DNA of 47,921 nucleotides from a virus: IMG/VR virus record IMGVR_UViG_3300045988_102864; one strand, given 5' to 3'. The position numbers and the translations under genes are program-made. Positions 34,029 through 43,651 of the stretch are shown piece after piece. Under the pieces are notes generated by a model. That model made no database searches. It was not told where the DNA came from and worked only from the letters and a program-made list of their open reading frames with translations. Each line of letters begins with the position of its first letter. The stretch's first letter is position 1.

Positions 34029-34528
34029 GAGAACACCTCCTTTGCGATGTCGTATATTCTTCGGCGCATTTCTTCTGAAGCGTCCCACATGCAGCGGTTG
34101 GCATTGTTGCCGTGAGTTCTTATTCTTCCGTTGCCGAGGTCTTCGCCGTTCGTTCCAGGGTCTCCACGATAGTACCATGTGTAGTTTTGACCGTAGCCCT
34201 TGCCGTATGCACCACGAATCATGCCGAGTTCGTCAGCCTTGGGATGCGTCACTGGATTATATACGCCGGTTCCGAATTCGATAAACAGTATTGATTCTCC
34301 CGAAGCGTTTATGGCAAGCGTGTGTTCGTCAAGCCATGTCGGCGAAGAATCAACCACAACATCATTTACGCCGTCATACTCCGCACTTTGAAAATGGATT
34401 GCCGCCTGCGTTATGCCTATGTCGGCGAGTTTTTCAAGAAACGTGTTCAGTTTTGCTCCGAGACTTCGCGTGTAGTCTTTTATCTGACGCGCGACTTTCC
34501 ACGTGTTTCTTATTCTGATGTTTATCAT
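34025..34528 (-). CDS. HK97 gp10-like head-tail joining protein
   Basis: Size, position, and N-terminal pattern MINIRIRN... Confidence 0.55.
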   Translation of the reverse strand: MINIRIRNTWKVARQIKDYTRSLGAKLNTFLEKLADIGITQAAIHFQSAEYDGVNDVVVDSSPTWLDEHTLAINASGESILFIEFGTGVYNPVTHPKADELGMIRGAYGKGYGQNYTWYYRGDPGTNGEDLGNGRIRTHGNNANRCMWDASEEMRRRIYDIAKEVFS

Positions 34529-34917
34529 CCGTCGACCGTCACCCGCCTTATCGCATAGGAAACGCTGTTTAACGACCGTGCAGCTTTTGTCACAATGTAG
34601 TCGTATTCCATGCGCCCGTTCGCGTCATAGGTTAAAGGCTTGTCGATGCATAATACGGTGTGTTCGTCAATCTCAAAATTCGGTTCATCTATCACAATAA
34701 TTTTGTCGTACTGTATATCCGTTCCGAACGTTTCAACTATAACGTCGCCATACATCGAAGCCGACTTAGCCGCTGATATGTTAGCCTTATACTTCTTCGG
34801 AGCTGAGTATTTCGCTGTGTGTTCTCCCGTGTAAAGTCCGTTTTCGTCTTTTCCGTCCTCGTTTCCGAGATATAGTGCATACCAAAATTCACGCTTGTTC
34901 TTTCTCAAACATCTCAT
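34525..34917 (-). CDS. Head-tail joining protein (unassigned)
   Basis: 130 aa, ATGA-coupled within the connector block. Confidence 0.5.
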   Translation of the reverse strand: MRCLRKNKREFWYALYLGNEDGKDENGLYTGEHTAKYSAPKKYKANISAAKSASMYGDVIVETFGTDIQYDKIIVIDEPNFEIDEHTVLCIDKPLTYDANGRMEYDYIVTKAARSLNSVSYAIRRVTVDG

Positions 34918-35219
34918 GTGGGTCTGCCTACTTTCGGAATGATTTCATTTAGAAGCTGTTCGGACACCCATTCGGAACTCCACTTTCGGTCAATACCGTT
35001 TTCGGAATGAGAGAGCTGCCCAGACGCGCCGAGCCTGTTGTACATGTCTTCCGCTATGCGTATTTTGAGGTCTCTGTACCGTTCTTCAAATGTAGCATTA
35101 TCTCCCCCAAAGGGGAAACGGCGGGAGATTATGATATTTTCCGCGCTTTCAAGCAGCTCATAGAGAATGCGTGTATCACTTTCTTCCGTTCTGATTTTCA
35201 AGCGTTCAATGTCGGTCAT
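34914..35219 (-). CDS. Head-tail connector (gp6-like)
   Basis: 101 aa, helical. LKIRTEESDTRILYELLESAENIIISR pattern. Confidence 0.6.
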   Translation of the reverse strand: MTDIERLKIRTEESDTRILYELLESAENIIISRRFPFGGDNATFEERYRDLKIRIAEDMYNRLGASGQLSHSENGIDRKWSSEWVSEQLLNEIIPKVGRPT

Positions 35220-35234
35220 TTTCTCCCGCCTTTC

Positions 35235-35426
35235 TCATTTCTTTTTGCGTGTGTTAGTTGTTGTCTTCGGTTTTTCTTCCGCTAAAACAGCCTTTTCTTT
35301 TTCTTCGGTTATCACTCCGTGCGCCGAAAGTTCCGCAGTATCGGAGGAAGATATCTCAAACTTTTCTCCCGCATTGTGCCACACACCACGGTAATTAACC
35401 GAATAATTAGGTGTGAGGTAAATCAT
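35235..35426 (-). CDS. Small hypothetical protein after the capsid gene
   Basis: 63-aa ORF with a Lys-rich tail. Confidence 0.4.
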   Translation of the reverse strand: MIYLTPNYSVNYRGVWHNAGEKFEISSSDTAELSAHGVITEEKEKAVLAEEKPKTTTNTRKKK

Positions 35427-36493
35427 CAGGCAGTTACCTTGAGAGTTACAACTTCGTTCATTCTCTCGTAGGAAGGAAGAACGATTTCGGAAGCGTAGAT
35501 ATTTGTGACGGCGGGATGAATTTGTACATTCTGTGTAATTGTGATGCCTGTATCAACAATGCTGACTTCTGTGTTCGCACCGGAAATAAGTCTCGCTTCC
35601 TCGGGAGTTGTGCCGTACCAAGTTCTGCCCAGCGCACCTTCGGGAATGAATGTGACATATCCGTCGGGAACGAATGATTTGGTTGCACCGCTTTCGTTCT
35701 TATACTTCTTCGAGTAAACAATAGGTCTGATTCCGGTTTCGTTTTCGATAACATCGGAAGCTCTTGCGCCTGTTACATAGCTCTGAACAACGCCCGATGT
35801 TGAAACAATGGAGTTCTTAACAGCGGAAGTGGCTTTCAGTAGATTGAATGTTGCAGAGGACATAATGGCATATCTTATTTCAGAACCTGAAACGTCAGCC
35901 GCCTTGTTCTTCATATCCTCAAAGTCCTTAATCGGGTCTGCCGTGGAAGCCGCTGACCAAAGAGCTGTAGAGGTAAGTGCAGAATAGTTGTTAGTCTTCC
36001 ATGTATCGTTGGGGTCGTAGTCGTATTCATAGGCTACACCGTTCGCTTTTATTGAAATAGCCATATCGCCACTTTCGGGGAAAAGAAGAGACATTCTCAT
36101 ACGTTCAGAGACAACATGAGCGCCGTCAATGAGGTCTCTTAAATAGTCAAAAGTGCGATTAAGTATAGCCAGTGCGTAAGGATCATTAGATTCTCGCACC
36201 TGAAGGAATTCTTGAATGTCATTTTCAGAGAGCTTATGAGCTGCGCGGAAAAAAGGCATTTCTGTTTCGAATCTTGAAAGTTCGCCAATCTCACGATAAG
36301 TTGCCTGAGCGTCAAAAGCTGAAGGAGCGAGAGAAACAGGAAGTCCACCGTATCCTTTTATCCAAGCAAGACGCAGTCCTGTCTTCTTTTCGGCAGGGAA
36401 AAGTCCTTCGCCGAAATATGGAATTCTGTTAGAGGCTGTCTGCTCATAGTTGGCTGCAATTACGCGCGGCGTGATAAATTCGCTAAGATTCAT
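35426..36493 (-). CDS. Major capsid protein, lambda gpE-type
   Basis: N-terminal ...GLFPAEKKTGLRLAWIKGYGGLPVSLAPSAFDAQA... 355 aa. It follows scaffold and decoration genes. Confidence 0.85.
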   Translation of the reverse strand: MNLSEFITPRVIAANYEQTASNRIPYFGEGLFPAEKKTGLRLAWIKGYGGLPVSLAPSAFDAQATYREIGELSRFETEMPFFRAAHKLSENDIQEFLQVRESNDPYALAILNRTFDYLRDLIDGAHVVSERMRMSLLFPESGDMAISIKANGVAYEYDYDPNDTWKTNNYSALTSTALWSAASTADPIKDFEDMKNKAADVSGSEIRYAIMSSATFNLLKATSAVKNSIVSTSGVVQSYVTGARASDVIENETGIRPIVYSKKYKNESGATKSFVPDGYVTFIPEGALGRTWYGTTPEEARLISGANTEVSIVDTGITITQNVQIHPAVTNIYASEIVLPSYERMNEVVTLKVTA

Positions 36494-36513
36494 TATTCAA
36501 GTCTCCTTTCAAA

Positions 36514-36846
36514 TTAAACGTTAGTCTCTGTGTCGGTTCTTATAACAAGTCCCGAAACAGCAGTGCCAAGAGTTGAAATGTCTATGCCGGAGTGAGCCTT
36601 TGCTTTAACACCGTCTATAACGCCCTGTACAACGATTGCACCGTTGGGATTGACTGTGGGGTCTACGTCATAAAGAAGTACGCCTACAGCACCCGTAACA
36701 CCGCTTGAGGGAGCTGTGCCGTCTGCTGTGAGCGGCGTTCCGGCTTTAACAAGGGAAGTGCCGGCGACGGTAATGGGGATTGCATTGTAGTTATTAGTCG
36801 CAAGAATAGTGAACATCTTGCCGGATTTTGTTTCTTTTACCTGCAT
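36514..36846 (-). CDS. Head decoration-like protein
   Basis: 110 aa, Gly/Thr/Val-rich, between the scaffold and capsid genes. Confidence 0.5.
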   Translation of the reverse strand: MQVKETKSGKMFTILATNNYNAIPITVAGTSLVKAGTPLTADGTAPSSGVTGAVGVLLYDVDPTVNPNGAIVVQGVIDGVKAKAHSGIDISTLGTAVSGLVIRTDTETNV

Positions 36847-36871
36847 TTTCTATCTCCTTTTTTAAATTTTT

Positions 36872-37441
36872 TTAAAACTTCAAATAATGTTCAAGTGCAT
36901 TCTTATTGACTTGATTAGCTTCTGCGGTACGTTTGCCGAGCTGCTTAGCGAGAGCAATTTCAGGACTGTCTTTTTCAGTGCTGCTCCCGCCGTTCGGATG
37001 AAGCCCGCGTTCAATATTTTCTTTGAACCTCTTTTCACATTCGGCGTTATATTTCTTCTGATTTTCGAGAACCGCGTCCATGTCACCGTTGAATATTGCT
37101 TCTGCGGTAGACTTTGCAAGTTCGGGAGAGTATCCGACTTCCAGGTATTTAGCGGTGTTCTCGGCAATAGAGGTCTTTTTCAGCAGTTCATTGTATTTGT
37201 CCTGTAGTTCCTTCATTGCTTCGTCGGACTGAGCCTTAGCCGCTTCTTCGGAGGTCATTTTCTCTTTAAGGCTTCTCTTTGCCGCCGCGAGGTCAGACGC
37301 GGTCTTGTCAAGCAGCTCTTTCTTTACATATCCCGATAAGTCGACTTTTTCAGGGATATCAAGTCCGAGAAGAGCCTTGACCTGGTCTTCCGCGCTCATT
37401 GCGTCGAATCCTTCGATTGTTGAGGTGTCAATGTTAGGCAT
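36872..37441 (-). CDS. Scaffolding protein
   Basis: 189 aa, helical, charged. Position upstream of the capsid gene. Confidence 0.7.
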   Translation of the reverse strand: MPNIDTSTIEGFDAMSAEDQVKALLGLDIPEKVDLSGYVKKELLDKTASDLAAAKRSLKEKMTSEEAAKAQSDEAMKELQDKYNELLKKTSIAENTAKYLEVGYSPELAKSTAEAIFNGDMDAVLENQKKYNAECEKRFKENIERGLHPNGGSSTEKDSPEIALAKQLGKRTAEANQVNKNALEHYLKF

Positions 37442-37576
37442 AATAAATTCTCCTTGCGTTTTTCGGTCTTCTCTGACCTGATTTTTTTGCGCTTTTATAC
37501 TGTATCTCCGCAGTCTGCGAATTTTATAAAGCGACTTCTCTGCCGCTGATATATGAAGGCATGAGCCGTATATCCA

Positions 37577-38227
37577 TTATTTTCTTTCTATAGGTACGAG
37601 ATAACATCTGCAATGCCAGTGTTGCTTGTCAGGTGCTTCGTTAATAGGGAATATCTCTCCGTCAAGCGGCTTGCAAATCCCGCATACCTTTTCGCCCTCT
37701 TGCGTCACCCACATCACATACTCAACTCCCGCGTCCTTGTATGCTCTGAGTGCCGTCTCATCAGTCACTATATCGGCGTATTGGGCGGTCATATTCGACC
37801 ATAGGCTTACTGCACGTCTCCACTCGCTGTTAACGTCTGAACGTGTCCTGAGAGCTTCTGAAAGCCTGTCGCGCTTTCTTAAGACTTCGTTCTCGTATTC
37901 ATACTTTGTTACGGAATTCGGAGACGAGAGGACAGTCTCGACAAGGGTCTTTTTTGCTTTTGCGGAAATTTTTCCGATGTCCTTGTAACCGTATCGGCTT
38001 ACTTCTTCGCCTATTTCTTCATATATGGCAAAGGCAAGCTCGAGCATGGTGTCCCGAAAATCGTTATCAAGGTTCTTGTAGAGTGTCGCGACGGTCTTTA
38101 TAATGTGAAGCTCGTCGAATTTGGCGAGCCTTATCGAGGACTTAGCTTTTTCAAACCGCCGTATTGTTTTCTTTCGCAGTATTTCTATCGCGCTGTCCGT
38201 CGTTATGTACCGCTCTTGCATTCTCAA
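37577..38227 (-). CDS. Head morphogenesis protein (SPP1 gp7 / Mu F-like)
   Basis: C-terminal CGICKPLDGEIFPINEAPDKQHWHCRCYLVP. Confidence 0.8.
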   Translation of the reverse strand: MRMQERYITTDSAIEILRKKTIRRFEKAKSSIRLAKFDELHIIKTVATLYKNLDNDFRDTMLELAFAIYEEIGEEVSRYGYKDIGKISAKAKKTLVETVLSSPNSVTKYEYENEVLRKRDRLSEALRTRSDVNSEWRRAVSLWSNMTAQYADIVTDETALRAYKDAGVEYVMWVTQEGEKVCGICKPLDGEIFPINEAPDKQHWHCRCYLVPIERK

Positions 38228-39674
38228 GCTCCTTTTCTAAGCTGTTTTCAAGTTCAGACTGTGCTTCTTCATACCACTCCATACCGCGCTGGTATGCATT
38301 CTCTACATCTGTAAACAAACCGGAAATGTCGTAAGCGTCGCGCGGATGAACCTTTTCGTTGTTGAGCAGTTCGCAAAGAACCTGTGCTTTCGATTGAATG
38401 TCGGTGAGGTTTTCGCGGGTAAACTGAATCTTAACATCGTTCGGGTCGAGGTCGAGAATGCCCTTGTCTTTGTAGATTTTGAGAATCAGCTTCAAAATCT
38501 CTCTTTCTGAACGCGCAAATAGCTTTTCAGTGTCGTTGGCTCTCGCGGAAGCGTCCTGCCAACCGTTGCGGAATCTCGTTCCCATGCCCGTGTCTGCCGC
38601 GGCTGAATCTCCGGCTCTTGTCGGCATACCCGTTATTTCATCAATGTAGTCATACAGCGCGTCTATTTCCGTCTGAACGCCCGTCTGAGAGATTTCGGAG
38701 GATATGCGGTAAACCTTTGCTTCCGTTCCCTGACCGCTTCTGATGCAGATACACTGACCGCCCCTTGCAAGCTCCTTGTATGTGTTCTCGTCGATTTCGC
38801 AGTTTTGGAACACGTCATAGGCGTTCACAAAGTCAACAACATTGTCAACACGTGCGGATTCAAGAGTGTTTATCATGTTGATAGGCGAGAGAACCGTCTC
38901 AAACGCTCCTAAACGAGCTTCATTCAGCGGATATTCCACTATCGGAACGCGCTCAAAGTCGTAAGCAAGCCAGTCTACAACGTCATTACCCTTTACGGTG
39001 TATCTTCCTTCCGGCACATAAACGTAGTAAATGAGGTTAGCGTCCTCGTCGTACTGTTTCAGAACACCCGCGAGAGGTTTTTTCCCGATACCCGAAGAGT
39101 AGATAACAAACGCTTCTCTCGGGTCAAGGGAATAAAGAGCAGCGGGACTTCCGTCTTTCTCGTTGTCGGGGTCGGGAAGAACCATCCTCGGTTCAACTCC
39201 GCAGATATGCATCCAGTCGGAGCACTCTTTGTCTTTTGATTCTTTTCCCTCGGAAGTCATAAGAACGTTCAGATAAGCCACCTTGTCGGATATATCCTCT
39301 TTTCCGTTCGCCGCTACATACTGAATGGGAGAGCTGAGGAAGAACGAGGATTTAAAAGTAACTATCTTGTTCGGAAGGTTGATAGTGACCTTGTTGTTGT
39401 TGTCGGGTCTTACGGATTTGTCTTTATAGCGGATATCCATTATTCCGCGATAAACGTCATATAAGTAATTTATTTCCGCGACATTTGCGCTGTCGAAACC
39501 GAGCGAATCTTCAAGCACGGACACAACGTTGTCGCTGGTTATTTTTTGTTTGTTCGTTAGTATCTTTCGCCGACCATGAAGGCTATCACAAGTAGTAAGG
39601 CGAACAATATCATTTTCAAGCACGAGAAAAACCTCCGTGTAAACAAAAATAGGGACTACCCGTATGTTTTCCAT
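38151..39674 (-). CDS. Portal protein
   Basis: About 500 aa, immediately after TerL plus a small ORF. The alternative start GTG 39623 has a better SD (GGAGG). Confidence 0.85.
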   Translation of the reverse strand: MENIRVVPIFVYTEVFLVLENDIVRLTTCDSLHGRRKILTNKQKITSDNVVSVLEDSLGFDSANVAEINYLYDVYRGIMDIRYKDKSVRPDNNNKVTINLPNKIVTFKSSFFLSSPIQYVAANGKEDISDKVAYLNVLMTSEGKESKDKECSDWMHICGVEPRMVLPDPDNEKDGSPAALYSLDPREAFVIYSSGIGKKPLAGVLKQYDEDANLIYYVYVPEGRYTVKGNDVVDWLAYDFERVPIVEYPLNEARLGAFETVLSPINMINTLESARVDNVVDFVNAYDVFQNCEIDENTYKELARGGQCICIRSGQGTEAKVYRISSEISQTGVQTEIDALYDYIDEITGMPTRAGDSAAADTGMGTRFRNGWQDASARANDTEKLFARSEREILKLILKIYKDKGILDLDPNDVKIQFTRENLTDIQSKAQVLCELLNNEKVHPRDAYDISGLFTDVENAYQRGMEWYEEAQSELENSLEKELENARAVHNDGQRDRNTAKENNTAV

Positions 39675-39712
39675 ACGAATAGCCCCTATCGGCTCTTACT
39701 GCAACCCGATTG

Positions 39713-39895
39713 TTACAGCGTTTTTATAGTGTATTTAGCTTTTCTCGAAGCGGTTATTTCAAGTATAGTGACCTCTTCGCGCGATTTCTTTATTTTAACG
39801 TCATTACCACGCTCTAAAATCTCGTTGATTATAAGAAGCGCATCTTCTTTGACGTACTTGAGACGGTGCGCGTGTTTCTCTTCTTCCATAGCCAC
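39713..39895 (-). CDS. Small protein between TerL and portal
   Basis: 60-aa ORF, tightly packed. Confidence 0.45.
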   Translation of the reverse strand: MAMEEEKHAHRLKYVKEDALLIINEILERGNDVKIKKSREEVTILEITASRKAKYTIKTL

Positions 39896-39896
39896 C

Positions 39897-41567
39897 TCAA
39901 TAAGGTCTTTGTATTACTCTTACCGTCTGCGTCTCAAACGATTGAATGAAGTCCGAAAGCATTGAGAACGCGTCGGGTACATCGTCATGTGCGTTTCTTC
40001 CCGCCATTGTATAACTGCAAAGCATACCGAGAGCGCGTTTATACTCTTTGTTGTTCTTTATAATGCTGTTATCTTTGAATAGGAAATGCTCTTTGACAAA
40101 TGGAGAATCAACTATAATTCGCGTAGCCTTGTTGGCTGTCGAATATTTTGTAGTAATCCTTGTGATTCCGCCACGAGATTTTACCTCTTTTTGAACCTTT
40201 TCCGCGATTTTTCCGCCCGCAGAGTTTGATTCAAAGCGGCTCAATTTGACTTTGTGCCGCAAAAGGACCTCAACAAGTCTTGTTTCAACTATTTCGGGAT
40301 TACTGTTGTCGCAGATTATTTCTTCGATGTAGAAGTCATTGCCATACTGGTAAGCAATAGGCATTACACAGTAGTCCGCTCCTTTGTCCTTTGTGTCACA
40401 CACAGATATAACAGCGTCCGGCGAATCCGAGGGAAGTTCAAAATAACGTCTGAGTTCGTCCTCGTTGTAGAGAAGTCCCTCGCGCTCTATCGGCTGATTC
40501 ATAAACAAAGCCCGCCACGAACAATCGTCGAGGTTGTTTTTCATGTCCTCGAAGTACGCCTTATCAAAGCCGACACCATAGCGGTAATTGAAATTGCTTT
40601 CGCCGTCCTCGTCAACCGCAGGCATTACGAGAAACTGAGCTTTCGGAGAATCCGCGTACATTGTTTGCAGTCTCCCTATAGGGTCATGCACCGACCATCT
40701 TGTAGCAATGTGCAGTTCCTTACAATTCAGCTTCTTTCTTGACTTCAAATCGTTTGTGTAAGCCGTCCAAAGCTTGTCAAGTCGGTCAATGCTCAATGCT
40801 TCCTCAATGCCCGACACAAGGTCGTCGGCGGTCAGAAGCTTTTCACAACGTGTAGCACCTGTAAGGGAAGCACCTATAGCACGGCAGGTAAGAGACGAAA
40901 ATCGGTGTTTCTTGCCGAGGTCTATTGTCTGTTCCTTTGCGTTGGTTATAATCGTGCCTGCGGCAGGGTACACGTCGTGCCATAAATAATCAGGGTCTGA
41001 CAGAATGCTGTTCACACCGTCATATATTGAGTTAGTAAGCGTTCCCGAATGTCCCGAAGCAAGGGAACAGCTGTCAGGGAACGCGCCTATCATCATCGAA
41101 TGCAGGAAGATTTCGAGAGTGCTTTTGCCGCAACCGGGCGGAACAGATATAGACAATATGTCAAGTTCTCCGTCCACAAGCTTTTGCATTGCGCGGCAGA
41201 CAGGTTCAAGCTGCTTCCTTCGCGGAATCCAGAATCTTTTCTCCGGTTCTCGTTGAATTTCTATATACTGCATGTAGCTGTCGAGCCTTAATCCCTGCGC
41301 TTCAAGCAAAAGCACAGCCTTAAAAAGAGAATTCGCGTCTTTCGACTTATTTTGTATAATTCGCTCGGTGCAATATCTCTTCAAAACCTCCGAATACCGC
41401 CACTTTTCAGCACAGCTATTCATCGAAGACAGCACCGAATACATAGCCGTATAATGTTTCATGTTCTCAGGCTCGGCTTTGATGTGAGAAAGAATATTTT
41501 CCGCTACGTCAAGATAACGCCTATCAGTGTGTTCGCTCGCTATTATCTCCGCTTGCAGTGCTTCCAT
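39897..41567 (-). CDS. terL: Terminase large subunit
   Basis: Walker A-like VPPGCGKST, 556 aa, nuclease-type C-half. The start may be slightly downstream because of a 44-nt overlap with the upstream ORF. Confidence 0.9.
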   Translation of the reverse strand: MEALQAEIIASEHTDRRYLDVAENILSHIKAEPENMKHYTAMYSVLSSMNSCAEKWRYSEVLKRYCTERIIQNKSKDANSLFKAVLLLEAQGLRLDSYMQYIEIQREPEKRFWIPRRKQLEPVCRAMQKLVDGELDILSISVPPGCGKSTLEIFLHSMMIGAFPDSCSLASGHSGTLTNSIYDGVNSILSDPDYLWHDVYPAAGTIITNAKEQTIDLGKKHRFSSLTCRAIGASLTGATRCEKLLTADDLVSGIEEALSIDRLDKLWTAYTNDLKSRKKLNCKELHIATRWSVHDPIGRLQTMYADSPKAQFLVMPAVDEDGESNFNYRYGVGFDKAYFEDMKNNLDDCSWRALFMNQPIEREGLLYNEDELRRYFELPSDSPDAVISVCDTKDKGADYCVMPIAYQYGNDFYIEEIICDNSNPEIVETRLVEVLLRHKVKLSRFESNSAGGKIAEKVQKEVKSRGGITRITTKYSTANKATRIIVDSPFVKEHFLFKDNSIIKNNKEYKRALGMLCSYTMAGRNAHDDVPDAFSMLSDFIQSFETQTVRVIQRPY

Positions 41568-41952
41568 TCTCGTTCACCTCTTCCATTCGCCTGAAATAAT
41601 CACGAAATACAGATTTTATCTTCTGATACCACCTATACTGTACCGTGTGAACAGCCGCAGAATCATCTATTACCATCCACAAATCAAGATTGCTTTTCCT
41701 CTTCCATCCGACCTCAAACGTTTTCGGGATGAAGTCGCATTGAGTGTATACCGTAACATTGCACGGTTCTTTCAATGCTTTCAGCCCCTCGGCTATAGCT
41801 ACCATCGTACAACGTATAGAATTCCATCCGGCGATTCTTCCGCTAATGTATTTCTCGCGCTTTCCATACCTCAACAGTGTCTGCCAATACCCAATTCCGC
41901 TGTCTTCGATAAAACCTCCGAAAACGTATATATCGACATATCTCATATACAC
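41524..41952 (-). CDS. RNase HI-like protein with substituted catalytic residues
   Basis: Aligns by eye to E. coli RNase HI: GYWQTLLRYGKREKYISGR vs GYGAILRYRGREKTFSAGY, and NSIRCTMVAIAEGLKALKEPCNVTVYTQCDFI vs [31 protein letters not shown]. D10, E48 and D70 equivalents are F, T and Q. Confidence 0.7.
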   Translation of the reverse strand: MYMRYVDIYVFGGFIEDSGIGYWQTLLRYGKREKYISGRIAGWNSIRCTMVAIAEGLKALKEPCNVTVYTQCDFIPKTFEVGWKRKSNLDLWMVIDDSAAVHTVQYRWYQKIKSVFRDYFRRMEEVNENGSTASGDNSERTH

Positions 41953-42209
41953 CTCAGAGGTCTTTTTTATTTCTTGCGGATATTTGGGAGACTAACACGC
42001 GCCCCACACTCCACAGCCGACAACCACCCAGTGTCGCATATAGGGTATCTCTTCCCCGAATTATACAAAATCTCCATTTTGTCTAATTGGGTATGTGTTT
42101 GTCTGGGTGTGTCTGTACGCTCTCATAATGCTTTATACGCTTAACTAAGTCCTTCCCTGCCCTGCCGCAAAACCGTGAATATATCGCTCTCGCGGCGTTG
42201 TGGCGCGTC

Positions 42210-42839
42210 TCAATCGTCGCTCGTGTCCTTGCTGTCGTATATCTCAAAAACATCGTCAAGTTTTGGCGCGTCGATTTGCTCTGTGGGCGTTTGTGCGACC
42301 TCTAAGCGCGTGTTATTTGCAAAGCCTTGTGAACTGTTGTTAAGTAAAAACATCGCGTATACGGGATTGAGAGAGCCGTCAGCACCTTTTTGGACGGTGT
42401 TTGCAGCTATGAGCGTCTTCATTCTTTTTATAATTGTAGAATGACGTTGACCTATACGCGACTTAGTCCCCCACTCTATAAGAGTAACGCGGTCAACACC
42501 GAGAGCAACGGCGAGACTTGCCAGCGAGGGAAAAGCGTGATAACGGCTGCACCATGATATATAGTCGTTGCAGCGCTGCTCGACCTCGTCCGCACTGTCA
42601 AGGTCAACAGCCGGCAGCGCCATAAGCTCTCGCAGAGCGGTAAGCGTATCGGGGTTTACTTCGGTAAGCGGCGTTCTGGGGTCTGAACATCCGTTTAATT
42701 CACACTCCAAACGTTCTCTTGCTGCAATCGCTTTGTTGTGGTTGCTTGTCTTGCGCCCTTGCTTCTTCCGTTTCTTCGGTTGTTCTACATTTGTAAGTTC
42801 TTCCGTCGTCTCAAAGTCTGCTATATGCTCAACTTTCAT
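42210..42839 (-). CDS. terS: Terminase small subunit
   Basis: Basic N-terminus, HTH-like SLASLAVALGVDRVTLIEWG. First gene of the late operon. Confidence 0.7.
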   Translation of the reverse strand: MKVEHIADFETTEELTNVEQPKKRKKQGRKTSNHNKAIAARERLECELNGCSDPRTPLTEVNPDTLTALRELMALPAVDLDSADEVEQRCNDYISWCSRYHAFPSLASLAVALGVDRVTLIEWGTKSRIGQRHSTIIKRMKTLIAANTVQKGADGSLNPVYAMFLLNNSSQGFANNTRLEVAQTPTEQIDAPKLDDVFEIYDSKDTSDD

Positions 42840-42963
42840 TTTGCTTTCTCCCTTCCGTATAATTTATTATATAACTATATTATAACAATAATATTGTATA
42901 CTAACATAATCCCATTTATTACTATAATATAACTATATTGGTAATAGTGATATTTTAAGGCTG

Positions 42964-43005
42964 TTTTCCTTCTTCTTTCCTTTTCTTCCTCTCCCCCCCT
43001 CCCCC
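42964..43005. repeat. 42-nt pure pyrimidine tract (polypurine in the late-operon leader RNA)
   Basis: ttttccttcttctttccttttcttcctctccccccctccccc. 13-bp direct repeats atataactatatt lie at 42869 and 42927. Confidence 0.9.
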
Positions 43006-43012
43006 GTGATTG

Positions 43013-43041
43013 ATTATAGCACTAAACTATACGTTTGTCAA
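43013..43041 (-). promoter_or_regulatory. Consensus promoter of the late (structural) operon
   Basis: Minus strand TTGACA, 17 nt, TATAAT, with TGC upstream of the -10. Confidence 0.6.
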
Positions 43042-43080
43042 GTGTGGAGCGGGAGTAAATTATGTCGGAATTGTTAACGG

Positions 43081-43108
43081 CAAAAAGAAAAGAGGCTTGC
43101 GCCCCTCT
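43081..43108 (-). terminator. Intrinsic terminator after the RHH gene
   Basis: Minus strand AAGAGG-GGCGCAAG-CCUCUU followed by UUCUUUUU. Confidence 0.6.
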
Positions 43109-43111
43109 TGC

Positions 43112-43423
43112 TTATATAAGCCCCTCCAATCGCTTTTTGATGTCCTCGTCAAAGTCTGATTTGTCCGGCTTTAGCGCGTCTGCGACTTTCGCCAGCACTT
43201 CCCGCCGCGCTTCTTCTTTCGCTCTTTCTTTTACTTTTGTAAAATTCTCTATCCCTGCATAGTTGTCAACCGCTCTTGTAATGTAAGCATTAAGCGACAG
43301 CCCCGCCGCCTTGGCTTTCTCCGTCCATTGGGTTTTCTTCCCTTTTGCCGTCATTAGGTTAATACGGTCATATGACTGTTTGTTGTATTCGTTGTTATAC
43401 TTGATTTTGTTAAATTCTGCCAT
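43112..43423 (-). CDS. Ribbon-helix-helix (CopG/Arc-like) DNA-binding protein
   Basis: YDRINLMTAKGKKTQWTEKAKAAGLSLNAYITRAVDNY has a beta-alpha-alpha pattern. cattgtgcat x2 (43483, 43509) lie in its upstream region. Confidence 0.5.
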   Translation of the reverse strand: MAEFNKIKYNNEYNKQSYDRINLMTAKGKKTQWTEKAKAAGLSLNAYITRAVDNYAGIENFTKVKERAKEEARREVLAKVADALKPDKSDFDEDIKKRLEGLI

Positions 43424-43547
43424 TTTTTTAATCCTCCCATTTTACTACATTTTAAAACAACAATGCCCCATTTGTCAATAGGCATTGTGCATAAAATGTT
43501 ATCTCAAACATTGTGCATTATTTAACTCAAAATATTGAATAAAACCA

Positions 43548-43576
43548 TTGACAAGTATTGTTCAATGTGATATAAT
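43548..43576 (+). promoter_or_regulatory. Consensus promoter of the plus-strand accessory island
   Basis: TTGACA, 17 nt, TATAAT, with TGA upstream of the -10. Confidence 0.65.
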
Positions 43577-43651
43577 ATAGATGTCAAAGGGAGAGAGCAA
43601 ATACAACTCCCCCGAAAAACAAAAATAAATAAATGAAACGGAGAAAACAAA

